Of a stretch of DNA of 64,000 bases, positions 55,507 through 64,000 are shown in pieces. Origin of the DNA: Gammaproteobacteria bacterium (GTDB lineage Bacteria > Pseudomonadota > Gammaproteobacteria > SZUA-152); assembly GCA_011321815.1 (NCBI GenBank), contig DROS01000062.1, forward strand, positions 27,420-91,419, read 5' to 3'. How positions within the stretch are numbered: position 1 is the first letter of the stretch; every line of letters begins with the position of its first letter. The translations under genes and the position numbers were made by a program. The notes under the pieces are model-generated. The model had not been told where the DNA came from and ran no database searches. It saw only the letters and a program-made list of their open reading frames with translations.

Positions 55507-57147
55507 TTGACCAAAATGAAACTTTGGAACTTAAAAAACAAGTACATCCTGATTGTGGATGATTTTGCTGGCATGCGTACAATGTTACGCAACATGCTCT
55601 CCCCTTATCGTCCGGAACATATTTCGGAGGCCAACTCAGGAGAAGAGGCATTGAGCGCTATTCGGGAGCATGATTTTGACATCATTCTTTGTGATTATAA
55701 TCTTGGCCCGGGAAAAGACGGGCAGCAAATATTGGAGGAAATCAAAGAGCGGGAACTGCTCCCCTACTCTTCAATATATATTATGACAACCGCAGAAAAT
55801 ACTTCTGAAATGGTTATGGGGGCTGTGGAATATTCCCCGGATGATTATTTATCAAAACCATTTACAAAAGAAGTATTAATATCACGACTCAAAAAGCTCC
55901 TTAAAAGAAAATCAAGCCTTAAAAAAATATCCAACGCCACCCAACAACGTGATTATGAGTCTGCAATCACTTTTTGTGATGAACAACTTTCCGGGACGCC
56001 CAACAACCGTTTTGAATTACTAAAAATAAAAGCGGAACTTTTATTACGCATCAACGACTATGATGCTGTTGAAAAACTTGTCAAACCTGTCCTTGAGGAG
56101 CGTGAAATACCCTGGGCGTTGCTTTATCTGGGGCAGGCACATTATTACCGGGGAAATTATGATGAGGCAAAATTTATTTTTGAGGATTTAATCGAGGACT
56201 ACCCCAATTATCTATTTTCACATGACTGGCTTGCCAAACTTCATAGAACCCAAAAAAATTACAACGAAGCCCAAAAAATCCTGGAAAAAGCCACAATAAA
56301 ATCCCCTAAGGCCATAAAACGCCAACAACTTCTTGCTGAAGTTTCATTTGAAAATGAGGATCTTGATACATCTGAAAAATCATATAAACGGGTGACAAGA
56401 ACGGGGAAAAATTCATATTACCTGAACCCGGATGATTATTCCGGCCTTGCTGAAGTTTATTTGAAAAAAGGGATGGTTTCTGATGCATTAAACACAATTT
56501 CCGATATGAGAAAAGAATTCAGTGATGCCGCCCCATCAAAAAACATGAAATCACATATCAATGAGGCTTTTTTATATGATCGACTAGAACGGAAAAAAGA
56601 GGCCAATGGCCGCCTTGATAAAATAATTTCGATTTTCTCAAAGGACCCGGGGACGGTGACCAGTGTTGACGCTATCGAGCTGGCAAAACTTTGTTATTCT
56701 TACGAAAGAAATGATGATGGAAACAGGTTTATAAAATATACCATTAAAAATAATCATGACAACCAGGAAATCATTGATGGAATCATCGGAATCCTCACTG
56801 ATATTGGCTTCTCTAATGCAGAGATTAATGCATTGTTAAAATCACGGGATGAGGTCATCGAAATCAACAATCGCGGGGTAAAACTGGCTACCACAGGTAA
56901 AATTGCCGAATCCATATCCTTGTTCGTTGAGGCGGCAACTGCAATGCCGGAAAATCACGTCATCAATCTGAATACGGCACAATCATTGATCATGCACATG
57001 AATAAATCCGGTGCAACAGAAAAACTAATGGCGGAAACAAAAAAATATCTGGACAAGGTAAAATTTACAGGAAAACCAAGTGATAAATATAAAATATTGA
57101 CGGCTTCCTACCAAAACCTTCTGGAAACACTCGGCCTGCAATCCTGA
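55507..57147 (+). CDS. response regulator receiver domain protein fused to TPR repeats
   Basis: REC core ILIVDDFAGMR…ILCDYNLGPGKDG…YLSKP. Then multiple TPR-like 34-residue repeats. Confidence 0.75.
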   Translation: MTKMKLWNLKNKYILIVDDFAGMRTMLRNMLSPYRPEHISEANSGEEALSAIREHDFDIILCDYNLGPGKDGQQILEEIKERELLPYSSIYIMTTAENTSEMVMGAVEYSPDDYLSKPFTKEVLISRLKKLLKRKSSLKKISNATQQRDYESAITFCDEQLSGTPNNRFELLKIKAELLLRINDYDAVEKLVKPVLEEREIPWALLYLGQAHYYRGNYDEAKFIFEDLIEDYPNYLFSHDWLAKLHRTQKNYNEAQKILEKATIKSPKAIKRQQLLAEVSFENEDLDTSEKSYKRVTRTGKNSYYLNPDDYSGLAEVYLKKGMVSDALNTISDMRKEFSDAAPSKNMKSHINEAFLYDRLERKKEANGRLDKIISIFSKDPGTVTSVDAIELAKLCYSYERNDDGNRFIKYTIKNNHDNQEIIDGIIGILTDIGFSNAEINALLKSRDEVIEINNRGVKLATTGKIAESISLFVEAATAMPENHVINLNTAQSLIMHMNKSGATEKLMAETKKYLDKVKFTGKPSDKYKILTASYQNLLETLGLQS

Positions 57148-57153
57148 TCGTAA

Positions 57154-57870
57154 TTGAAAATCACCATGAAGACCAATATCAAAAAACTGGATTTTTCCAC
57201 TGTATTGGCGGGAAGCGTCCATGATATGAAAAATTCACTGGCAATGCTGCTGGGGTCACTTGCCGATATTTTATCTGAATGCCAAACTGATACCTGTTCA
57301 ATAAAAAAAGAACTTTCACGAATCCAGCATGAGGGTCAACGGGTTAATCGTGACTTAATTCAATTATTAACACTCTATAAAATAGACCAGTCTCAGTATT
57401 ATCTTAATATTGCGGAGGTTTATATTTACGATTACCTGGAAGAAATAATCCTGGAGCATGAGTCTCTACTAAGTGAACGGGGGATTGATATCTCCCTTCA
57501 GTGCGACACTGCTTTACATGGTTTTTTTGATGCTGAACTTGTTTCGGGTGTACTAAAAACAATCATAAACAACGCTTGCCAGTATACTAATGATAAAATA
57601 CTGGTTAGCGCCGAATCCGTAGACGGCTTTATAAAATTAACCGTTGCGGACAATGGAAAAGGTTATCCGGCGCACATGTTATTTGAACAGACAACGTACA
57701 AAACCACCAGTAATTTTGGCACAGGCAGTACTGGCCTTGGGCTTTATTTTTCTTCGCAAGTTGCGGAATTGCATAAAAATAAAAAAAAATGTGGCTATAT
57801 ACAGATTACCAATACCACTGACTCCAGCTCTGCACTCAAAGGTGGCTGCTTTTCGATTTTTCTGCCATAA
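57154..57870 (+). CDS. soluble histidine-kinase-like protein (H-box plus HATPase_c, no TM or sensor)
   Basis: SVHDMKNSLAML H-box. N, G1 (DNGKGYP) and G2 (GTGSTGLGL) boxes. Confidence 0.65.
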   Translation: MKITMKTNIKKLDFSTVLAGSVHDMKNSLAMLLGSLADILSECQTDTCSIKKELSRIQHEGQRVNRDLIQLLTLYKIDQSQYYLNIAEVYIYDYLEEIILEHESLLSERGIDISLQCDTALHGFFDAELVSGVLKTIINNACQYTNDKILVSAESVDGFIKLTVADNGKGYPAHMLFEQTTYKTTSNFGTGSTGLGLYFSSQVAELHKNKKKCGYIQITNTTDSSSALKGGCFSIFLP

Positions 57871-57956
57871 TTTCCTGTCGCATATCTCGTCATGGAATAC
57901 GATGTCTTCTTTGATTTTATATTTGGCCTGATTATAAAAATAAGCACACTCATAGC

Positions 57957-60371
57957 ATGGTATTTGAGTTGCGTTCATTGCCCAAAAAAATGGCTCAATT
58001 CTCTCAAAACAAACAGGTTAATAATGCCAAGCCGCTTATCATGGTGGGGTTTTCCACCATATTGATACTGATGATTTTATTGATTGGGTTTTGGAGCAAA
58101 AGCCTTTCTGATAATAAAAATCTGCTATTCAGCATGGCAAATATAACGCTTGAAAGCGGATTGATTACAAAACTGTTCAACACAGTGCATCAACAAACAA
58201 CTGTACTGCACCAGATAAATACGGCACAAAACGCTAAAAAGAAAAAAGACTATTACGATCAATATCTGGCCTTTGGAGAAATATTATCCGATACCTATGC
58301 ACAGCTGGCTGAATTTGAATTTACCGATGATGCCGCACAATCCTGGGATTTAATACAACAACAATTATCGCAATGTCGCAATATTGAAAAGGTATCCAGA
58401 AATTTTTATCTGAGTGGGGAGCATGAAAAGTCTTTCGAATACCTGACAGACAATATTTCACCAATACAGGGTCGTTTGATGAATGAATTGTCGACCCTGC
58501 TCAATAAAAATCTGTTAAATGGCAGCGAAAGTAATGTCGATGACATTATCAATGAAGCAACACACAAAATTTCCACCACCTATTTTTTTGTTTATTTATT
58601 AGGCGGAATCTCCATTTTTCTCGGTATTTTTACTATTTATATCCTCAAGCGTAAAGAAAGCACCGAGGAGGCACTGGTTGATCAGGGCGAGAGAATTCAA
58701 TGGTTATATGAAGCAACATCAATATCCGGCATCAGCCTTGATGATCGCATTACCGAAACCCTGAAGTTAGGTTGCCGCGTACTGGGTATGGAAGTCGGGA
58801 AACTGGGCCGCCAGTTTCCCGAAAAAAATGAATCGGTATTCCTGAACACTGTTGCTCCTCCCGAACTTCCTGCAAAACGTGGATTGGTTCTCCCTCTTGA
58901 TAAAACGTTTTGCAATATTACTTTTTCAACAGATGGGCCAATTGCCATACAACACGTCAGCAAGTCCTCTTATCAGGATCACCCTGCCGCTGAATTTCTT
59001 GGTATGGAGGCCTATATTGGCACCACCATCTATGTGCACGATAAAAAATTCGGGACCGTTAATTTTTCCAACAGACAACCCATGGAAAAGCCCTTTACAC
59101 AAACGGACATGGATTTTGTCAACCTGTTGGGAAAATGGATCAGCGTGACCATGGAGCAGATTATTATCGAGGATGAGTTACAGCAATCCAAGGATGAGGC
59201 AGAAGCGGCAAACCATGCAAAAACTGCTTTTCTGGCAAACATGAGTCATGAAATCCGCACACCACTAACAGCAATTCTGGGTTATTCTGAAATGCTGTTG
59301 GATGATGATCAATCGCAGGAAGAAATCGAACATGAAATTGATTCCATCGTTACCAGCGGTAAACATCTACAGCAAATTATCAACGATATTCTCGATTTAT
59401 CAAAAATTGAAGCCGGACAGCTCATCGTTGAACACCGGGAGGTTTCTCCCATTCTTTTCATGAATGAACTTGATGCCATTCTGGGCTCACAAGTAAGTGA
59501 AAAAGGCTTAACATTTGACATGGAATACCAGTTCCCTATTCCTGGAATGATTAGCACAGACCCTACCCGTTTAAAACAGATTCTCATCAATCTCTGCAGC
59601 AATGCCATAAAGTTTACCAAGGAAGGCAGCATTGGTATTTCCGTCCAATATCTTGCGGATTCGAATCAATTACAAATCAGCGTTACCGATACCGGCATTG
59701 GCATCTCTGAGGAAGAGCAGAAAAAGATTTTTCGCCCCTTTACTCAGGCCGATGACTCGACGACACGCATTTACGGTGGAAGTGGGCTTGGTTTATGTAT
59801 TTCCAGACAATTGGCCAAAACGCTGGGCGGTGATATTACTGTGTCCAGCGAAAAAGGAAAAGGCAGCAAATTTACCACAACCATTGATGTCTGTATTGCG
59901 CAAGACAAGCTGGAAATGATTCATGAAGCCCCCGTTAAAGAAACCCTTCTTAATACCAAACCGGCCCATATCCATTTGAATGGGCACGTATTATTGGTGG
60001 AAGACAACAGCGAAAACCAACAACTCATTACAAAATTGATTCGTCAAACCGGTCTGACCGTCGAAATTGCTGAAAATGGAAAAATTGGTGTGGAAAAAGC
60101 GCTATCCGGCAACTACAACCTTGTACTGATGGATATGCAAATGCCCGTAATGAGCGGTTTGGAGGCCATACAAAAATTGCGCGGCAGCGGGTATAAAATA
60201 CCTATCATCAGTCTGACGGCCAATGCCATACAGGAAGATAAAACCAGTTGCTGCGCTGCCGGTGCGAATGACTATCTCACAAAACCTCTGGATTTCAGTC
60301 ATTTTTATACGGTACTTTCTGCTCACCTGGCTACCGGTAAACAGCAAAATTCAAACAATTCCGTAACTTGA
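57957..60371 (+). CDS. hybrid sensor histidine kinase (TM, GAF, HisKA, HATPase_c, REC)
   Basis: H-box [12 protein letters not shown]-boxes. Receiver VLLVEDNSENQQ…VLMDMQMPVMSG. Confidence 0.85.
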   Translation: MVFELRSLPKKMAQFSQNKQVNNAKPLIMVGFSTILILMILLIGFWSKSLSDNKNLLFSMANITLESGLITKLFNTVHQQTTVLHQINTAQNAKKKKDYYDQYLAFGEILSDTYAQLAEFEFTDDAAQSWDLIQQQLSQCRNIEKVSRNFYLSGEHEKSFEYLTDNISPIQGRLMNELSTLLNKNLLNGSESNVDDIINEATHKISTTYFFVYLLGGISIFLGIFTIYILKRKESTEEALVDQGERIQWLYEATSISGISLDDRITETLKLGCRVLGMEVGKLGRQFPEKNESVFLNTVAPPELPAKRGLVLPLDKTFCNITFSTDGPIAIQHVSKSSYQDHPAAEFLGMEAYIGTTIYVHDKKFGTVNFSNRQPMEKPFTQTDMDFVNLLGKWISVTMEQIIIEDELQQSKDEAEAANHAKTAFLANMSHEIRTPLTAILGYSEMLLDDDQSQEEIEHEIDSIVTSGKHLQQIINDILDLSKIEAGQLIVEHREVSPILFMNELDAILGSQVSEKGLTFDMEYQFPIPGMISTDPTRLKQILINLCSNAIKFTKEGSIGISVQYLADSNQLQISVTDTGIGISEEEQKKIFRPFTQADDSTTRIYGGSGLGLCISRQLAKTLGGDITVSSEKGKGSKFTTTIDVCIAQDKLEMIHEAPVKETLLNTKPAHIHLNGHVLLVEDNSENQQLITKLIRQTGLTVEIAENGKIGVEKALSGNYNLVLMDMQMPVMSGLEAIQKLRGSGYKIPIISLTANAIQEDKTSCCAAGANDYLTKPLDFSHFYTVLSAHLATGKQQNSNNSVT

Positions 60372-60388
60372 CCCGCGGTCGTTTTGCG

Positions 60389-61555
60389 ATGAATATACCC
60401 ACCATGCCATCGTCTCATACATCTTCAAAAATCAGTCTGCAACAGGAGTTTCCACTGCTTGATTCAATCGCTTATCTGAATCATGCCGCAGTCTCCCCAT
60501 GGCCAAGCCGGACAGTGGATGCCGTCACGACGTTTTCGCATGAAAATGCCACGCAGGGGTCAAAACATTATCTTCAGTGGGTCAATACCGAAACAACATT
60601 GCGTAAACAGTTACAACAGCTGATCAATGCCGATTCAATCAATGAAATCGCGCTACTCAAAAACACGTCGGAGGCCCTTTCCGTTGTCGCATTCGGGTTA
60701 CCCTGGCAAGCCGGGGACAATATTGTCAGCGTCAAGGGGGAGTTCCCTTCAAACCGGGTGGTGTGGCAGGCCCTGAAACCCAAAGGGGTTGAATTGCGCC
60801 TAGCCGATGTTAACAGTGCCAATCCCGAGCAGGACTTACTGGCGCTTGTCGATAAACACACTCGTCTTATCACTGTCAGCTCAGTGCAATATGCTTCCGG
60901 GTTTCAGCTTGATCTTGCCCGCATTGGCGCATTTTGCAAGAAAAACGATATCCTGTTTTGTGTCGATGCCATCCAGACTATCGGAGCACTGCAATTTGAT
61001 GTGCAGGCAATACAGGCGGACTTTGTCATGGCCGACGGCCATAAGTGGATGCTGGGGCCTGAGGGGCTTGCATTGTTTTACTGCCGCGCAGAATTACTTG
61101 AAAAACTGGCATTACACCAGTACGGCTGGCACATGACCGATACGTTTACTGATTATGACAACAATAACTGGCAGCCGGTCGATACCGCCCGCCGGTTTGA
61201 ATGCGGCAGTCCCAACATGCTGGGCATTCACGCACTTTCCGCCAGCCTCTCATTGTTGCTGGCGTTTGGAATGAAAAACGTGGAAGCCCGTATTCTGGAA
61301 AATACACGTTATCTGTTTGACCACATCAACAATGCAAAACAATTGATATTATTGAGCAATATGAATGAAGGGCGTTACAGCGGTATTGTGTCCTTTCGTC
61401 ATCGCACAGTGGACAATGACAGGCTTTTTTCACTGCTCACCGAAAATGATGTGATGTGCGCACAGCGAGGGGGCGGTATTCGTTTTTCACCGCATTTTTA
61501 TACGCCGAGAGAAAAAATTCTGCATGCCCTTGGTATTGCTATGCAGGCACGGTAA
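60389..61555 (+). CDS. class-V aminotransferase (cysteine desulfurase / selenocysteine-lyase-like)
   Basis: Fold-type I PLP pattern. Lys-containing segment DFVMADGHKWMLGPEG. Confidence 0.7.
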   Translation: MNIPTMPSSHTSSKISLQQEFPLLDSIAYLNHAAVSPWPSRTVDAVTTFSHENATQGSKHYLQWVNTETTLRKQLQQLINADSINEIALLKNTSEALSVVAFGLPWQAGDNIVSVKGEFPSNRVVWQALKPKGVELRLADVNSANPEQDLLALVDKHTRLITVSSVQYASGFQLDLARIGAFCKKNDILFCVDAIQTIGALQFDVQAIQADFVMADGHKWMLGPEGLALFYCRAELLEKLALHQYGWHMTDTFTDYDNNNWQPVDTARRFECGSPNMLGIHALSASLSLLLAFGMKNVEARILENTRYLFDHINNAKQLILLSNMNEGRYSGIVSFRHRTVDNDRLFSLLTENDVMCAQRGGGIRFSPHFYTPREKILHALGIAMQAR

Positions 61556-62354
61556 ACCGTCGAAAATAATTCTCTGTCGTTTGTGTGGCGACGGTTTCCC
61601 AGCGGGTATCACGCAATCCGGCAATGCATTCAGCAACGTACCGTACATAGGCCGGCTGGTTCGGTTTGCCGCGATGTGGCATCGGTGCAAGGTACGGGGA
61701 ATCCGTCTCCACCAGCATACGTTCCCTTGGTATTTTTCTGGCAACTTCTTTTAATTCTTTTGCGGAGTTAAAGGTCACAATACCGGAAAAAGAAATATCA
61801 AAATTCAGATCCAGCGCCCGTTTGGCCACATCCCAGTTTTCCACAAAACAATGCATTACGCCGCCCACTTCATCGGCACCTTCTTCTTTCAGGATACGCA
61901 GGGTATCTTCCGTTGCTTCCCGCATATGAATAATCAACGGCTTTTTCGTCGCTTTTGATGCGGCAATGTGGGTGCGAAAACGCTCACGCTGCCATTCCAG
62001 GTCACCCTCTTCCGCTTCCGTACAACGAAAATAATCCAGGCCGGTTTCACCAATGGCCACTACTTCCGGTTCGGCGGCCAGGCTGATCAGTTTTTCACCG
62101 GAGGGTTCTTCACCGCCCTGTTCTGTAGGATGCACGCCGACAGAAACAGAAATTTGTGCATAGGCCTTGGCCAATTCCAACAAAGCCGGATAGTGTTCCA
62201 GATCAATGGAAACACACAGGAAATGCCCGACACCCTGTGTCGCGGCATGATCAAGCGCGCCTTGTAACTCACCGTTCCACGGCGAAAGTTCCAGACGGTC
62301 CAGATGACAATGTGAATCGACTAGCGGGGTATTTTCAGGCAACAAAATAGACAC
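61539..62354 (-). CDS. tatD: TatD-family metal-dependent DNase (YcfH-like)
   Basis: DSHCHLD N-terminal motif. Conserved tmk-holB-ycfH neighbourhood. Confidence 0.85.
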   Translation of the reverse strand: MSILLPENTPLVDSHCHLDRLELSPWNGELQGALDHAATQGVGHFLCVSIDLEHYPALLELAKAYAQISVSVGVHPTEQGGEEPSGEKLISLAAEPEVVAIGETGLDYFRCTEAEEGDLEWQRERFRTHIAASKATKKPLIIHMREATEDTLRILKEEGADEVGGVMHCFVENWDVAKRALDLNFDISFSGIVTFNSAKELKEVARKIPRERMLVETDSPYLAPMPHRGKPNQPAYVRYVAECIAGLRDTRWETVATQTTENYFRRFTVPA

Positions 62355-62406
62355 GGGAAAACCGTCCTGTTGGAAAAATCAAAGGGGTTGGCGGGTAAAA
62401 ACGAAA

Positions 62407-62757
62407 CTACATGGTATGTGTCTGGCGGTCAGACTTCAATGCGCCGGCAAGGTAGGTTTCAATTTTGTTGCGTACCGCACCGTTGTCCTGATTACTGAAT
62501 TGCACACCGATACCGGCAATGCGCGCACCTTGAGCGCCTGCGGGTGTAACCCAGATAATTTTACCGGCCACCGGTAATTTTTCTGTTTCTTCCATGAGCG
62601 TGAGCAACATAAACACTTCATCGCCCAGTTTGTATTTTTTGTTGGTGGGAATGAACAGTCCGCCGTGTTTCACAAAAGGCATATAGGCCGCGTACAGCGA
62701 GCTTTTGTCCTTGATAGCCAAAGAGAGAATGCCGCCCTGCCGAAAATCACCGCTCAT
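62407..62757 (-). CDS. pilZ: type IV pilus assembly PilZ protein
   Basis: 116 aa non-canonical PilZ. Conserved holB-pilZ linkage. Confidence 0.75.
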   Translation of the reverse strand: MSGDFRQGGILSLAIKDKSSLYAAYMPFVKHGGLFIPTNKKYKLGDEVFMLLTLMEETEKLPVAGKIIWVTPAGAQGARIAGIGVQFSNQDNGAVRNKIETYLAGALKSDRQTHTM

Positions 62758-62784
62758 TTATGTGCTGACTCCTGATCTCATTTT

Positions 62785-63786
62785 CTATTTTGCAACAGTT
62801 CGTTGTCGACTCCAGCTCACCATCAGGTCTTCCATGGCCAGCTGTGCATTTAACTGCCCATTGGCCCAGCGCGCAGTTTCGGTGATTTGTGCCAGATAGG
62901 CAAACAACTGTTTCAGTTCCAGTCCGCCCACCAGCTTTTGCAATTGCGGGCGCAGATCACCATTGGTAATAGCGACCGGGTCAACCCCTGACTTGAGGCG
63001 GATCAAATCCATGACCCAGCTGCTGAGCCACCGGGTGGCTTGGGGCAGCCCCAGTTCGGACCACTGTTTTGCGCAGACTAACGGATCAGCCCTGCCTTCT
63101 GCCACACCCACCCACAGGCTGGCAAGATCGTGACGCACCGCCACTCCCCCTGTTTCATGCAAGGCCTGGGCAGCCAGCGGCGCACCGTTGCTCAACGCCA
63201 GCAAATTTTTGATCGTTGCAGGTTCAACCGCGTTTTTGAGTTGCGCCTGCAACCAGGCTTCGCTGACCTGTGCCGCCGGTTGCGGAAAAACCACCTGCTG
63301 GCAACGACTGCGAATCGTCGGCAATAGTAACGAAGGCTGGCTACTGATCAATATCAACAACGCATCTTCACTGGGTTCTTCCAGGGTTTTCAGCAGACTG
63401 TTGGCAGCATGCCGGTTCATGGCTTCGGCAGGGTTGATGAACACCACCTGGCGGTCACTATACTGGCCCTTCAGGGCGAGAAATTCTCCTACGGCGCGAA
63501 TACGATCCACAGGAATTGCCTTGCCCGCCTCTTCGGGCTCCAGCCACATCAAATCCGGATGAGTGCCAGCCATCAACAAGTTGCAACTTTGGCATTCACC
63601 ACAGGCAACGCCGTCATCCGTGGGAGACTGACACAGCAACCCATGAATCAACGCCTCAGCCAGCACCGATTTGCCATACCCCACGCTACCGGTAAACAAC
63701 AAGGCATGTGGCAGACTGCCGGCGCGAAAGCGTGAAATCAACCCATCCCAGAGGGGGGTCTGCCAAGGCAGCGGTGCTTTTGTCAT
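62785..63786 (-). CDS. holB: DNA polymerase III subunit delta prime
   Basis: AAA+-like HALLFTGSVGYGK. Zinc module CGECQSC. SRC motif. Confidence 0.9.
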   Translation of the reverse strand: MTKAPLPWQTPLWDGLISRFRAGSLPHALLFTGSVGYGKSVLAEALIHGLLCQSPTDDGVACGECQSCNLLMAGTHPDLMWLEPEEAGKAIPVDRIRAVGEFLALKGQYSDRQVVFINPAEAMNRHAANSLLKTLEEPSEDALLILISSQPSLLLPTIRSRCQQVVFPQPAAQVSEAWLQAQLKNAVEPATIKNLLALSNGAPLAAQALHETGGVAVRHDLASLWVGVAEGRADPLVCAKQWSELGLPQATRWLSSWVMDLIRLKSGVDPVAITNGDLRPQLQKLVGGLELKQLFAYLAQITETARWANGQLNAQLAMEDLMVSWSRQRTVAK

Positions 63787-64000
63787 GCCAACCCAGCCAG
63801 CAAAGGGGTTAATGCAATATCAATTTGTGCCTGCACCTGTTCAATACCCTGTGCTGCATCAATAATGTGATAACGCCCCGGTTCCGCAGCCGCCCGCTCC
63901 CGGTAAGTTTGCCGCACCCGTTCAAAAAATGCCCGTTGTTCGCGTTCAAACCGATCCAGTTCACCACGGTCACCCGCACGGGCCATACCCACCTCCACCG
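63783..64000 (-). CDS. tmk: thymidylate kinase, C-terminal part (gene continues beyond the window)
   Basis: C-terminal LID-distal region …YHIIDAAQGIEQVQAQI…. Stop overlaps the holB start. Confidence 0.8.
   Translation of the reverse strand, partial: VEVGMARAGDRGELDRFEREQRAFFERVRQTYRERAAAEPGRYHIIDAAQGIEQVQAQIDIALTPLLAGLA

Overview
This 64 kb window reads as a gammaproteobacterial chromosome segment. The core genes are roughly 50% GC by eye and sit in conserved housekeeping synteny. Those blocks are thrS-infC-rpmI-rplT-pheS-pheT-ihfA-merR-like, lysS-prfB-recJ, ppiC, pgm, queA with tRNA-Leu, and tmk-holB-pilZ-tatD. Between them lie a four-gene copper nitrite reductase cluster that matches the Nitrosomonas ncgABC-nirK layout (two-domain multicopper oxidase, di-heme c, mono-heme c, NirK), several large hybrid sensor kinases, and at least four accessory islands. 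The first island (about 4.2-12.5 kb) is AT-rich, abuts the 3' end of tRNA-Pro(GGG), and carries an orphan type VI secretion hcp-vgrG-small protein-DUF2169 module with no effector or core T6SS genes, plus an orphan TpsB-type outer-membrane transporter. The second (about 22.4-29.3 kb) is a cluster of secreted, outer-membrane-barrel and class-3 lipase genes. The third (about 36.0-38.6 kb) is a GC-rich five-gene operon: a phospholipase-D/HKD-family enzyme split over two overlapping genes with a helix-hairpin-helix insert, one very acidic Cys4 DD[FW]-repeat protein, and two small helical proteins. This operon is my best candidate for an undescribed system, possibly nuclease-based toxin/immunity or defense. 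The fourth (about 52.8-60.4 kb) is an AT-rich signalling island: VWA-domain membrane protein, acidic membrane protein, REC-TPR protein, soluble histidine kinase and GAF hybrid kinase. Also visible are the programmed +1 frameshift in prfB, a non-AUG (apparent AUC) infC start, several rho-independent terminators, a structured repeat in the pheS-pheT spacer, and a degraded MBL-fold sulfatase-like gene. I found no CRISPR array, rRNA, integrase or transposase. All homology calls come from motif and pattern recognition, not database searches. Coordinates of features not in the ORF track may be off by 1-2 nt.
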